From contig NEEC01000020.1 of assembly GCA_002189035.1 (NCBI GenBank), forward strand, positions 62,001 through 126,000: a stretch of 64,000 nucleotides of DNA, written 5' to 3'. The DNA is from Utricularia gibba. Its lineage: Eukaryota; Plantae; Magnoliophyta. This document shows, in pieces, positions 37,727-51,010 of the stretch. Both the position numbers and the translations under genes were made by a program. Under the pieces are notes generated by a model. The model worked only from the letters and a program-made list of their open reading frames with translations, did not search any database and had not been told where the DNA came from. The number at the start of each line of letters is the position of its first letter. Position 1 is the stretch's first letter.

Positions 37727-40604
37727 ATTTTTTCTCAAACATTTGATCTCGGAGTTTCAAGCATCGTGTACTCCACTCAAACTTGTGATGATGGAAGTAT
37801 CTTTTGCTGCCATTGTTTCCTGCACTAAGGTCTGATGTAATGGAAGCCGTTTTGACATGGAAGTTTGAATTTCATCTTGTTTTATATTGGTGGTTGCATT
37901 TTTTTCGTCTGTTGAAAGTATTGATCTGCCATTTATTCAGTGTAACTGCGCAGTCGTTGATACAATGATGCCTATTTTATTGATTAGGTTTTTTAATGAG
38001 TTGATTTAGTTCTTAATTGCCGATAAACCATATTATGCATGGAGTTTTTAAACAGATGGAGCTGTTCGAAAAACACGGAAATCGTGACGAGAAGTCGGTA
38101 AGATTTTGAAAAAAAAAAAGAATAAAAAGAAAATGCGCGCGCGAGATATTTTGAATAAGAGCGAGCAGACTCGATGGTTCTCAATCTACCAAACTTGTCT
38201 TTCCGGAGGCTAGCAGGCGGAACTGTTCGGAAAAGATTGCCGAGTCATCTTCGTCTTCTCGATCGCGCTTCCGTTTCAGAAGCCACTGCCGGTTCTTTAT
38301 CGTGTTTATTGCAGTTGTAGAGATCTCTTTTCGCGTCGTCCGTGGGTGTCATTTAGTGCCGGTGGTTTTCAGAGGCCTACCTGGAGATGTAGATCTATGG
38401 TGGAACTCTGGATTGCGGACCAGTTTTTCGCGATTCTACAGATTTGTTGAATGTATCAGCGTAGATCTCATGTCACTGGATTCAGGAAGGAGCGACGTGC
38501 GTTGTGCAACGATGGATTACATTGCGAGACTTGGTTGGCGGACGCGAGTATCAGGCCGTGATGCACTCGCATTCATCCGTGCAACCGGTTTATAAGGTTT
38601 ACGCACAAAACGCTCCATGTTCTTCCGCTATAACTGTTTTATCATTGACGCATCCATCATGGACTTGTAGATGAGACGACTGCCGTTCAATCGGTAGTCA
38701 TGGCTAACAACTCACTACGCCTAGGTGAACTTTTACCAGTGTGAGGCACCAATCGCCAAAGCGAGTATTGATGTTCGACAGACCTCCTTCCCTTTGATCC
38801 TGGTTAACTTGGCTTCAATATATTGTGTTTGTGGTGTTTCCTTACGCTCGGTATCTTATTTTCCTTACGGTGTTGGTTGATCCCGAGTTGCAATATGCAT
38901 TCAGGCGGTTGATGCTCGACGTGTCCAGTTTCATTAGTGACATATGGCTGTGCTGTCACTTATTCGCCGGAAACTGCTACAACTATACAATATTTGTGAG
39001 TGTGTAAACCAATCAGAAACCTGCATTTACCAAACAGTATGTCATTCACAATTCGGCAAGCGCCTTTTTCTTGGATTTACAACTGAGCTGGAGAATGCTT
39101 GTTGCAGTAGCCTGGGATGATTGCTTTGAAGGAGACTCAAGTGCTTCTGGATGCATCCAGAAGATGGCGTTGCCAATAGTGGTTGATATGATTGATCAGA
39201 ACCACCGTCTACTTGTGCTCACCTCCAAAGCTTCAGAAGAATCTTTGAACTCATGCGCCATGAATGTGAGTTTTCTTGAATCTCTTTGACAAATTTCTGA
39301 GCTTTTATTTTACATCTGAATTCCATTTGCTTCGACAAATTTCTGGGATTTTCATTTCCATTTCCACCAAACCGCAACAACCAGCCCACCCATGTAATTA
39401 GTTGTTGTAGCTAGCCGTGATGAACTGTTTTCCCCGTGGACGATTCAGGCCTTATAGCCGCAATGATGGGCGCATGCTAAAACGCAACTGGTCAAAGATG
39501 GCCCCATTTGAATGCTGTTTATTTCGACGAGGTAAAAACAGCATTCATCCGAGGGAACTCTACACTTCATTCGTATGTGATTAGTCTCTAATTCATTTAT
39601 ACTGTCTGCAGGGATGTCATCCGGTAGAAAAAAAAAGGGACGGTTAACGCCGAATTACTCCGTAGTTGCACTTCTCTATCGTTCTGCACGGTAACGCCGC
39701 TACTGTTTCATGAAATCTATTTCCAGGTCGGTGACGAAAGTATTGGTCAAAAATTATAATTTGAACCTGCCAAAAGGCGTGGCCTGAAGTCGGCCTCTGA
39801 TGTATACCTTTTGTACTCAGTAAGACCCCAACAACGATTCAAGAGAGGCAACCGGTCAATGGCATTCAAACTGAATGCTTGGCATAATAAGGTAACACGC
39901 TCACTTCTCATTTTCTTCGTTGGATGGAATGAAGAAAATGGTTACGAGCGATGATGTACCTTACGCCGTTCACTTATACCGGGGATGGAAGGTTAGTGGT
40001 TTCAAGGAATTTCAGAAAAATCTTTTTTTACTTAATTTCTCTAAATACTGCATAAAATAAGTTCTAAGATCTTTTAGTCTACTAACTCATGTCATGCATT
40101 TACAAAAAGTATTGGCATGTCTCAACTCTCAATGCGAATGACTTTTACTAACCAAACTTTTATGGAATGCATTTATTACGTTGACATGTGAAATATAACC
40201 ACTAACCTTTTGAATAAATTTTGAATATAAGCATGAATTATGTGTAGGTAGCTTTATATAACGTGAGTCATTCCAGCGGTTTAGATAATTAATGTATGCG
40301 TAGACTTTCGGCTCTTGTTAGTTAAATAGTATTCAGTTTTGAAACTTTTGTTAATGTTAATAACTTTGGCTTTATTTATGTTATATAATATTTTATTAAC
40401 AAAAATCAATTTTCCAAATTTTGAAAAAATTGAAACCGTGCTAATGACTTCAATTGTATTCGAGTCTAAATACAATCCACTTAACAAAATGCCGCATTGT
40501 AAACGACTGTAGAAATTGTTTTTTAGCGTCAAAATCAATGTCATGATTGACGAAATGATTGTAATAATCAATTTCTTAAACATAAAACCTACGAATCTAA
40601 TCAT

Positions 40605-41147
40605 TTTAGATTGAATATTAATTATAAAAATTAACTTAACGCAAAAATTTTAAAATTCTTCTTTAATCAAAAGATGCGCAAAAGTTAAGTTATAGTATTA
40701 ATTTATGAAGTAAAACTCAAAACATCATAAAATTTTCAAGTGGTCTACTGTGTGTGTTGAAAAAATTTTGAGGTTTATATTTGCATAAATTATTTTAACT
40801 TATTTCAAAAATATAGTGATTTTTCAATTTCATTTCAATTACAACTCAATACCTTTTTTAAGGAAAATAGCCATCTTTATTTTATCTCACACAAACTAAG
40901 TTAAAAAATTTTACACGTGGAAAAATGACCAGTTTTCTAATTACACCTCAATTTATTAAACATAAAAACTATGAGTGTTAATTTTAGATTTGAAAATTAA
41001 TTTAACACAAAAATATTAAATTCTGAGTTATTTTATCAAAAGATGCTCACAAGTCATTTAAGCTATAGAATTAACTTATGAATTAAACTCAACAAATCAT
41101 AAAGTTTTCAAAAGCAGGCAGAAAATAAATTTTCAGATTGTCTACTG
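40605..41147. repeat. Diverged direct duplication (about 150 nt per copy) in AT-rich intergenic DNA
   Basis: aaagatgcgcaaaagttaagttatagtattaatttatgaagtaaaactcaaaacatcataaaattttcaa...gtctactg (about 40660-40750) aligns by eye with aaagatgctcacaagtcatttaagctatagaattaacttatgaattaaactcaacaaatcataaagttttcaa...gtctactg (about 41039-41147). Confidence 0.65.
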
Positions 41148-44100
41148 TAACTTGATTTCATTCAGGCATGCATGCTTCAACCCAAACACAATTAGTAAAG
41201 AGGCTGTGCAGTGTGCATGCAAAAAGTTTCTCGAAGTGCCTACTGAAACGTTATTTATTTTCATTCAGGAAAGCAAGCTTCAACACGAAATAAGAAATCA
41301 TTAAAGAGGTTAGCAGGGAGTGTGAACATACATTTCTTTTTTATTTGAGCAAGAAATGTAAAGGTGGCCAATAAAAGTGGAGTTTTCTAGGGTAAGGGCC
41401 CATACGGAATTGAAATCCAAGGATGCATAGAGCAGAAAAACTAGAACTGAACAAAAGACTTGCCACATGCAGTGGTGGGTATGTTAGGTGCGGCGTGACA
41501 GGTCGGTGACATGTGCATGTGGGATAACGCCATTATAATAAATATAAGCAATAAAAGGAGGAGCAGTTGGTGGTACCCCGTTAGTGATGAGCGCCCGTGT
41601 GGGATAGTGCTGGGTTATCCAGTAGGTGCGCTGGGGAACGAACACATGGACACCACCCTTGCCTGCCTTAATGAATACCTCCCCAACTGCCACCCAATAA
41701 CCAAAAAGCAACTACAAATTCAATGCCAAGTGTCTACGTTCGTGTGTGAATTGAGTCTCTTTCTTTTTCCCAGATTTTGGAAAGTAATTTTCTATAAGTG
41801 CGAAAAAAAAAGTTACCGGCTATGAGATCTGCGGAGGGGTTAATCAGAATCTATCTGTGTAACTGCCGGGATACGGTGCAACTGCCATGGAATTGAATGG
41901 GGATAGAATGGAATTGGTCCAGCAGGGAGGTAGTCATCCATCCATCCATCCAGCAGCTGGCAACTGGGAAACCTGCAACCCCCAGTCCCAGCTTTTTATT
42001 TGAATGGATTCGCTCGCTACGTCCAATTCCAAATCTCCTGCTCCCTGAGAGACTACTGGGAAAAGACAAGGTATTCGCTGTAGTACAGGAATGACGACAG
42101 AGAAACACAGGAAAGGCACTTCACTTTTCCATTATTTCAATCACTCCCTCTATTCCATAGCATGGGGACACGCATAGTATATACCTCTACAGCTATTTGA
42201 ATGGCAAGAGCACAAGGACAATGATATGAAGAACAGAAGCATACAAAGAATCAAAAAACAAGTGGGGGAGAGCCGACCGGATCGGAGTGTCCCCCGCACA
42301 TTTCTCTCCCTTTTTGACCGATGACCCACCGATCTGGCACCGCTAGCTCCCTGCTCACCACACCCCCAAACGTTTTTACCTTTCAAACAAGCCACTCCAA
42401 TCAAAATAACAATAGTTTTCCTCCCAAAATATGCCACAAACAGCAACCTAATTTATCTAACCACACACACAGGAGAGGGTGCAGCCATACCATACAACCG
42501 CATGGTGATGTGTATTTGATTCAAAAATAGAAAGCAATTAATTCTACTTCGACTCAATAATACATAGAGGAAGCACAAAAAATGGAGCGTGGCGTTGGAG
42601 GGAGGTATTGTAGGTAAACAGGGAGCTGAATGAATGCTCCTGTCCTACGGTCAATGGTAGGCTCTAAATTCACGCCAACTACCAAACAACAACTGTCTAC
42701 TCTTAAAAGCATCGGACAATAATACCCAGAAGGAAAGAATTCAAATTTTCCTGCGCACTAACTATTGCACCACAGATGAATATGGGAACCAGCCAACGGC
42801 ATTCGTAGCAATGAGGGAGGGAGCATCATGGGGCGCACCCAATCATGGGAATAGTAAAACTTCAGGCCTAAAGCAGCAGTTACTATTCAACTACTCTTTT
42901 TTTTTTTTTTTGTGAATAGCTTTGCCCTCATCCTCTGAATAACACTAGTCTAAAAAAAACTTTAGTCAATGCGGGAAAAAAAGACCTGAACAGAACATGT
43001 TCTGTCGTTTTTCTCATCCGCCTACCGCTAGACAACTAATACATGTTGAAAAGATGACCTTTTATATGTTCATGTTAGCCTAAAAGGAACAGTAAGATTC
43101 GGTCTCTCCACTCACCACACGACAGATTGTTCTTCTACACAGGAATTTTTCATCGCACATATTCTACCCTTTAAATAAAACATATTATATACAGGGGTGA
43201 ATTATGAGACTCGTTCAACTCTGGCACACAGAACTACTACTAAAAGACCCTTAGCAACTCATATTTACCAAGTACTAAAGACACCCTCTAACCAAACATA
43301 AAATACTTAAAAAAAGGTCCAGTGCAATTTAATTCAGGATAGAACATCTCTAGGTGGCCTGATTCTAGTTATAATATGATACAATTACAACTGCAGAGAA
43401 TACGAGAAGATACCTGAAGAATGAGCATCAGAAAGCATAATTGTCCCTGCGAAAACTAGGTCTAGTTTCCATCAATTAAGGCATGCTTCACTGAGTCTTT
43501 GGGACCTTGCCAGCTGGCGCCCACAGAAGCCTCATTCTGGGAAATCCTTATTTAAGTATATACAGCCTTGTTATCTCCCAGAGGGCGCTGCTAACAGATC
43601 GATGATAAATCATTCAATGTACTGAAAGATGCCCATACCCCATAAAGAGATCAATGTACAGTGAATACTAGAAACTTGAAGCAGGATATTTGCATTTGGC
43701 ACTATTCTTAGTGGATGCACATGCTGAGAATTATTAGAGTTTATGGAGAAATTAATGACACAGATATTCGTTAGTAAAAAAGCAAGCACTTAACTAGTTA
43801 TCTAAGAACCACTATTTGCTAGCTTTATTACATGACAGCGGAGCTGAGTCTCTTCATCACCAAACTCTTAAATTCAGATTCAAACGTCGAAGGTTTGTGC
43901 GTTAAAAACAGAGATTCAACAGTCAAAGGATCAAGCAACCGACGTATGATGGAACTCAATTAAAGGCACCACTTCTAGCCGAATTCTGGTATAACCACTG
44001 TATTCAATATAGCCGGTAATATTAAACTACTAGTTGGAATGTTGGCTATACCTTACTACTCAAGCGAAATGCAACGCAAAGCATCAAAGAAAAGGAATAA

Positions 44101-44631
44101 GAAAAGAACCACGAAATTACCCCCAAAATGATAAGTGAGAATAAGGACCATTTGATTTATTCCGAGATATGTGAACCTGAGGGAAAGAGACTCGCCAGTC
44201 ACCGGTCATCTCCTCAAAAGGGGGGTCCCCATCCTCATTCCCTTTGACCGAAAAAACGCTACTTTAACTAATAAGCCAGCTGCCTATTGAAAAAGCAAAC
44301 AACCTTAGACCCGCAACTATGGTTAGAACTCTACCATTTCCTGTAGTTAAGTAAACCACACGTGTGCCCCATGAAATATTTAGAACTGCACCGGGGTACA
44401 GATCGGTCAGAAGGCAAATGCAGAGATATCCCTCTGTTTCCATTTTGTGCATAACTATTCTCTCGCCGAACAAAGTGAAAGGAAGTTTTTAGTGGTTTCC
44501 CCTTCCATTGTTCAAATTCTTTCTCCTATCCTCCCCTTCCGTGTTTGCCTTCCCCTTATTTTGTTTCAGACAAAAGGAGTACGCAAAAAACTTGAGAAAA
44601 CGAAAACGGAACCACCGAGGGGAAGGAAAAC

Positions 44632-45879
44632 ATGCCTGGGAGTTTAGAGTCGCTTGATGTCGGTGTGCAGATCCCTTACCACTTTCGCTGCCCGATTTCG
44701 CTGGAGCTAATGAGTGACCCAGTGACCGTTTGTACAGGCCAAACCTACGACCGCTCCAGCATAGAATCGTGGGTGGCTACGGGAAACACAACATGTCCGG
44801 TGACCAGAACGCCGCTCACAGACTTCACCCTTATCCCGAACCATACTCTCCGGCGTCTTATTCAGGACTGGTGCGTTTCCAACCACTCATTCGGAGTCGA
44901 GCGCATACCGACTCCAACGCAACCGGCGGATCCTATTTTGGTCCAGAATCTGCTGAATCAATTATCATCAAGTTCAAGTTCATTCGGGGTTAAAGTTTCC
45001 GCGCTGAGAAGGCTCAGAGGATTGTCGCACGACTCGGAGAAGAACCGAAACCTTCTTGCGGCAAATAACGCACGCCAGATCTTGCTATCTCTTGTTTTCG
45101 CTGACATCGGTTTACAACCATCGGAAGTTCATTTTGAATCCCTAGCGATACTGTCGGTGTTGGCGCTTTCAGAAACAGAGTGCTTCTACATCGCCTCCGA
45201 CCTCGATAGAGTCAGGTATTTGGTGAGTCTATTATTTCACTCGTCAATTGACGTTCGAGTCTACTCAGCGGCAGTGATTGAAATTGTGGCGGCGGGGATA
45301 CGATCCCCGGAGCTACGAGGCCAGATCAGTGGCGTCGATGGTGTATTTGAAGGCATAATCGGAATATTGAACTATCCTCTGTCATATCCGCGGGCATTGA
45401 AAATCGGAATCAAAGCTCTGTTTGCGCTATGTCTTGTGAAGCAGTACCGCCACCTTGCGGTTTCCGCCGGAGCGGTGGAATCGCTGATCGATCGCCTGCC
45501 TGAGTTCGAAAAGTGCGACGCCGAGAGAGCTCTAGCGACAGTGGAGCTCCTCTGCCGGATTCCGTCTGGTTGTTCAGCGTTCTCTTCCCACGCACTCACA
45601 GTTCCGCTTCTCGTGAAAATCATACGCAAGATCTCTGATCGAGCCACCGAATACGCCGCCGGCGCTCTCCTGTCTCTATGCTCCACTTCCGAAAAAGCTC
45701 AGAGCGAGGCGATTGCCGCCGGCGCCATGACTCAGCTACTATTGCTGGTTCAAAGCGACTGCACTGAGAGAGCGAAACGAAAGGCGCAAATGCTGCTGAA
45801 GTTGCTGCGGAACTCGTGGCCCCATGACATCATCGCCATTACGGATGATTTCGCCGGAAGCGACGTCGTTCCGTTTTGA
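44632..45879 (+). CDS. PUB26: U-box/ARM E3 ubiquitin ligase PUB25/PUB26-like (intronless)
   Basis: U-box motif IPYHFRCPISLELMSDPVTVCTGQTYDRSSIESW...CPVTR...LIPNHTLRRLIQDWC, ARM repeats, C-terminal QSDCTERAKRKAQMLLKLLR. Confidence 0.95.
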   Translation: MPGSLESLDVGVQIPYHFRCPISLELMSDPVTVCTGQTYDRSSIESWVATGNTTCPVTRTPLTDFTLIPNHTLRRLIQDWCVSNHSFGVERIPTPTQPADPILVQNLLNQLSSSSSSFGVKVSALRRLRGLSHDSEKNRNLLAANNARQILLSLVFADIGLQPSEVHFESLAILSVLALSETECFYIASDLDRVRYLVSLLFHSSIDVRVYSAAVIEIVAAGIRSPELRGQISGVDGVFEGIIGILNYPLSYPRALKIGIKALFALCLVKQYRHLAVSAGAVESLIDRLPEFEKCDAERALATVELLCRIPSGCSAFSSHALTVPLLVKIIRKISDRATEYAAGALLSLCSTSEKAQSEAIAAGAMTQLLLLVQSDCTERAKRKAQMLLKLLRNSWPHDIIAITDDFAGSDVVPF

Positions 45880-46408
45880 AAATTTTTCACCCTTCAAATT
45901 CTCCCACCTTTTTCCCCAAGTCACAGAGGAGAAATTTAAAAAACAAAAAAAAAACACGAAAGTGGTCGCGGTCGCTCAACGCCAAGTCGTGTACGTAACT
46001 GTATCTATTTTGTTCGAAATTCAGTCAATTTTTGTCTGCACTCATTCCAAATGCCTGCCGGGTCAATGTAGATGGCCGTCTGACCGGGTTGAACCCGGTC
46101 ACGTGAGCCCATCCGGTATTGGGCTTCTTTTCATAGCCCAGACTAATTCTTCTACCTCACTCACCACCCATTTTCTGCTTTTAGTAGTCTTAGATTAGGA
46201 ATCCGCCTCAAAATCATTAATGGTGATTATATTTATTTAAATACTTGAAAAATAGTATTAAAAAGTCGCTTTAATTGTGATTAATTATGATTGCGATGAT
46301 GAGAAAATTCCCGCAAAAAGTCAAAACTAAAATAATAGTAATAACCGCGGCTCTCGTTCGGCAAAGAAGCGGCGGCGGCGGGCGGGGCTTTTGACAATCA
46401 AGCCGCCG

Positions 46409-47587
46409 ATGAATTCCCGGTCTTTGGCAGTTTCGGTTTCTTGTCTAATGTCTCAATCTCTTCTTCTGCTACTCCTCTTTCCTCCGGCGGCGAATTCTCC
46501 CGGAATTCATCGGTTCCAAAAGTGTATTCTCCCTTTGATGCATCTCGTCTCCGCGTCCGACATCGTTGCCGCGGCCGCTTTCCTATCAGTCTCCTCCAGA
46601 AAACGCAAACGGATCAATTATCCGGAGGATGAAGCCGATCGCGGATCAGGAATCCCTCATACCCCCGATTCATTCACGAAATTTTTTGGAATGAAATCGT
46701 CGACATTCGAATGGCTTTGTGGCCTTCTCGATCCACTTCTCGACTGTCGTGACCCGGTCGAAGCGCCGCTCAATTTGCCGGCGGAGACCCGGTTAGGAAT
46801 CGGACTCTTTGGGCTCGCAACCGGTGCTGATTTCCCCGAGATCTCATCGCGATTTGGGGTTTCAGAGGACGATTCCAGATTCTGCGTCAAACAGCTCTGC
46901 CGCGTTCTCTGCACGAATTACCGGTTCTGGGTGGGTCTTCCAAGCCAATCGGAGCTGGAGTCAGTCGCCGCCCGGTTCCAATCGCTAACGGGTTTGCCCA
47001 ACTGCTGCGGAATCATCGGCTGTGCGAGGTTTCAATCGGAAGAATTGAGCGTCGCAGCGCAAATCGTGGTGGACTCGTCATCGAGAATTCTGAGCATCGT
47101 TGCAGGATTCCATGGACACAAAAGCCATAACCTGATCCTAAGATCTTCCTCGCTCTACAACGATATCACACAAGGCTCAAAACTGAAGTCTCCCTCGCTT
47201 CCCCTCTACTTCCTCGGAATCGGGGACTACCCTCTACTCCCATGGCTGATGTTGCCGTTTCCTGACCCGAAACCAGAATCCGAGGAAGAGAACTTCAACC
47301 GTCGTCTTCACCGAACCCGGATTCCCTGGTTGAAAGCTGATAGAAGTCTGCGGAAATGGGGGATTTTGAATGGTGAAAATGGTATTCCCGAAAGAAAGGC
47401 ATTCGTGGCCTGTATCGGTGCCTGCTCCATTCTCCACAACATGCTGCTGATGAGGGAGGATTACTCATCGTTCTCTGAAGAGGATGACGATGATCACATT
47501 GAACTGTATAAACCTGCTTCGGAAGATCACGCTGCTGTCCTCATTCGCAGAGCGCTGTGTTCCAAGGTCTCAACCTCCACTCCATGA
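46409..47587 (+). CDS. Domesticated PIF/Harbinger transposase-derived protein (HARBI1/ALP1/HDP1-like), intronless
   Basis: FGMKSSTFEWLCGLL, RLGIGLFGLATGADF (HTH), GLPNCCGII, QIVVDSSSRILSIVAGF, YPLLPWLMLPF, IGACSILHNML. No TIRs seen. The ORF track starts at a TTG at 46391; the first ATG is 46409. Confidence 0.88.
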   Translation: MNSRSLAVSVSCLMSQSLLLLLLFPPAANSPGIHRFQKCILPLMHLVSASDIVAAAAFLSVSSRKRKRINYPEDEADRGSGIPHTPDSFTKFFGMKSSTFEWLCGLLDPLLDCRDPVEAPLNLPAETRLGIGLFGLATGADFPEISSRFGVSEDDSRFCVKQLCRVLCTNYRFWVGLPSQSELESVAARFQSLTGLPNCCGIIGCARFQSEELSVAAQIVVDSSSRILSIVAGFHGHKSHNLILRSSSLYNDITQGSKLKSPSLPLYFLGIGDYPLLPWLMLPFPDPKPESEEENFNRRLHRTRIPWLKADRSLRKWGILNGENGIPERKAFVACIGACSILHNMLLMREDYSSFSEEDDDDHIELYKPASEDHAAVLIRRALCSKVSTSTP

Positions 47588-48781
47588 ACACCGACGGTTA
47601 CCCAATACACCTCCCTTTACTACCTTCATTCAAAATTATGAGTTCCAGTCAATTTTAAGCACAGAACAATGCAATGACAAAGGTACAAATTCAAATAAAA
47701 TGAAATTATATCACCAACCACCACACAAATCCATTGTTTAAATCAATTATAAAGCTTCCCAACTACCGCCCAAGTCCTCCAAAGAAAAGTTGGCGGCAAA
47801 GTCACAATCTTTCAAAAACCCACTTCTCACGATACCAACGCACCTCAAAACGGGATATTTAGAAATCTGATCATCTCCAATATAATTTTTTTAAGGCAGT
47901 GGGTGAGACCCTCAAAACTCATTAAAAAAGTCGCACGAAAATCATCAACGAGGAACAAAATCACTTGGTGAGTCCCCCACCGATCTCTACCTTATCACAA
48001 CTATAACAAAATTAATATTCATTAAGACCGCGTCACTCTATTGATTTTTGAGTTTTGTGTTTTAGGCACAAGAAAAATGGATAATTACTTTTGACCACAC
48101 ATTGTACTCCAAAAAATTGAAAATTGAGATTGACCCCTGCAATTCTACTAAATTACAGAGCGGGAGCCTACCCTACCAGGGTCTATTTCTTTTAGGTATG
48201 AGTTGTTGGGCGATTGAATGACAACGCATTTCCCTGATGTCACTATTATAAGAAATCGGTGTTTGATATACTAATATTGAGCCTCAGGCAAATATCCTTC
48301 TTTTTTTGGTAAAAAGTCAAATATAGAAATTTAAAAATCTTTGGTATCTATGTATTTATAAATTCATAGCGACGCAAGCCTTGGTGGTGTGAATGGGCAA
48401 GGCATCGACTGGGGGACGCTTCTCTTGGGGGTTGCCTACACGGCGTAGGTTTCATGGGGACCTCTGAATTGCCAAACCAGCCAATCATCGTTCGAGTGTT
48501 AGGAGAGTCCACCGTTGTGGGCTGTGGTCACCAGCACTAGATAGGAATAGTAAGGTTTCTCCGCTCGTGGGCCCCACACATTTTTCGATATTTACTTCCC
48601 CTTTAATAACACGTGTTATCCTATATTTATAAAATATTTTCATAACTCTTAATACAAAAAAGTTGGAATTAGAGTGTCATTTAAATCATGGTAAAAAGGT
48701 TGATTTTATGGTGGAAGTCTTTAGAAATGGGGAGTGGGGACCACGCGCAACAAAGGTTGAAGCCAGGCAGACCAATAACTC

Positions 48782-49048
48782 ACCAACTTCCCTTGACACA
48801 TGGGTCATTTTCTTTGGGTGGAAACCCAACTCCAGATGCATCTCCACCAACCACATCAGCCAAGGTGGAATAGTGCATGTACACCGCGACCCACCGTAAC
48901 ATTGCTAAAGTACCACGCGATTGGCCCCATTCAACAACCACCAGCAGCCACATAGACAGAACCCGTCCAATGACGGGCTTCACCAACTCCCTTGCGCCGG
49001 TTCACCAATAGTCGCCGCATTGAACCGGGTTCACAGGCCTCTATAAAT
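48782..49048 (+). promoter_or_regulatory. AC elements/SMRE (ACCAACT, ACCAACC) and TATA box of the CCoAOMT promoter
   Basis: ACCAACT at 48782 and 48982, ACCAACC at 48846, TATAAAT at 49042. These are the established MYB sites of lignin-pathway promoters. Confidence 0.7.
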
Positions 49049-49124
49049 CTGTGTGGATATTTCCACTCAAGAACCAGCAAGCTTCTTGTGATACGGATTT
49101 GGAGTTGGTGAAGAGTTGTGAGAA

Positions 49125-50710
<1,586 letters not shown>

Positions 50711-51010
50711 TATCGGGAGATGGGAATTTGATTGACTTGGGCGTTATTCCTGTTACTGGTGGTCGTGAGAAATCTTATCAAAACGATTTGACCGTTGTTC
50801 GTCGTGAAAAATATCCTGTTATTCAGTCATTCAAAATTTGGTTTTCAGTTATGCCTTTAAAATTAGAAAAATGAAAATAAATTTAAGATAACTAAAATTT
50901 TTTAAAAAAGAAAACGGCGAGGCAAAGATGAAATCGAATAAAAAAGAAAATTAATGGGCTGTCTCCGCCATGGAGGGAGGGAAAGAAAGAGGGGCGAAAA
51001 CACGGCAATC

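Noticed and set aside
41470-41525. USE-like ATCCCACATGC on the minus strand followed by a short GC hairpin reminiscent of CR20/GUT15 RNAs
   Set aside because: No TATA at snRNA-type spacing; the similarity is short and rests on uncertain recall.
42927-42985. Minus-strand frame LTKVFFRLVLFRG, superficially like SAC51-family conserved uORF peptides
   Set aside because: Counting the T-run (7 T) shows this frame is not connected to any ATG; a TGA precedes it in the upstream exon. The ATG-led frame ends as MLSDAHSSGLFFPH, and no bHLH main ORF follows.
48360-48590. GC-richer island upstream of CCoAOMT as a TE fragment
   Set aside because: No TIR, LTR, PBS/PPT or coding similarity that I could recognise.
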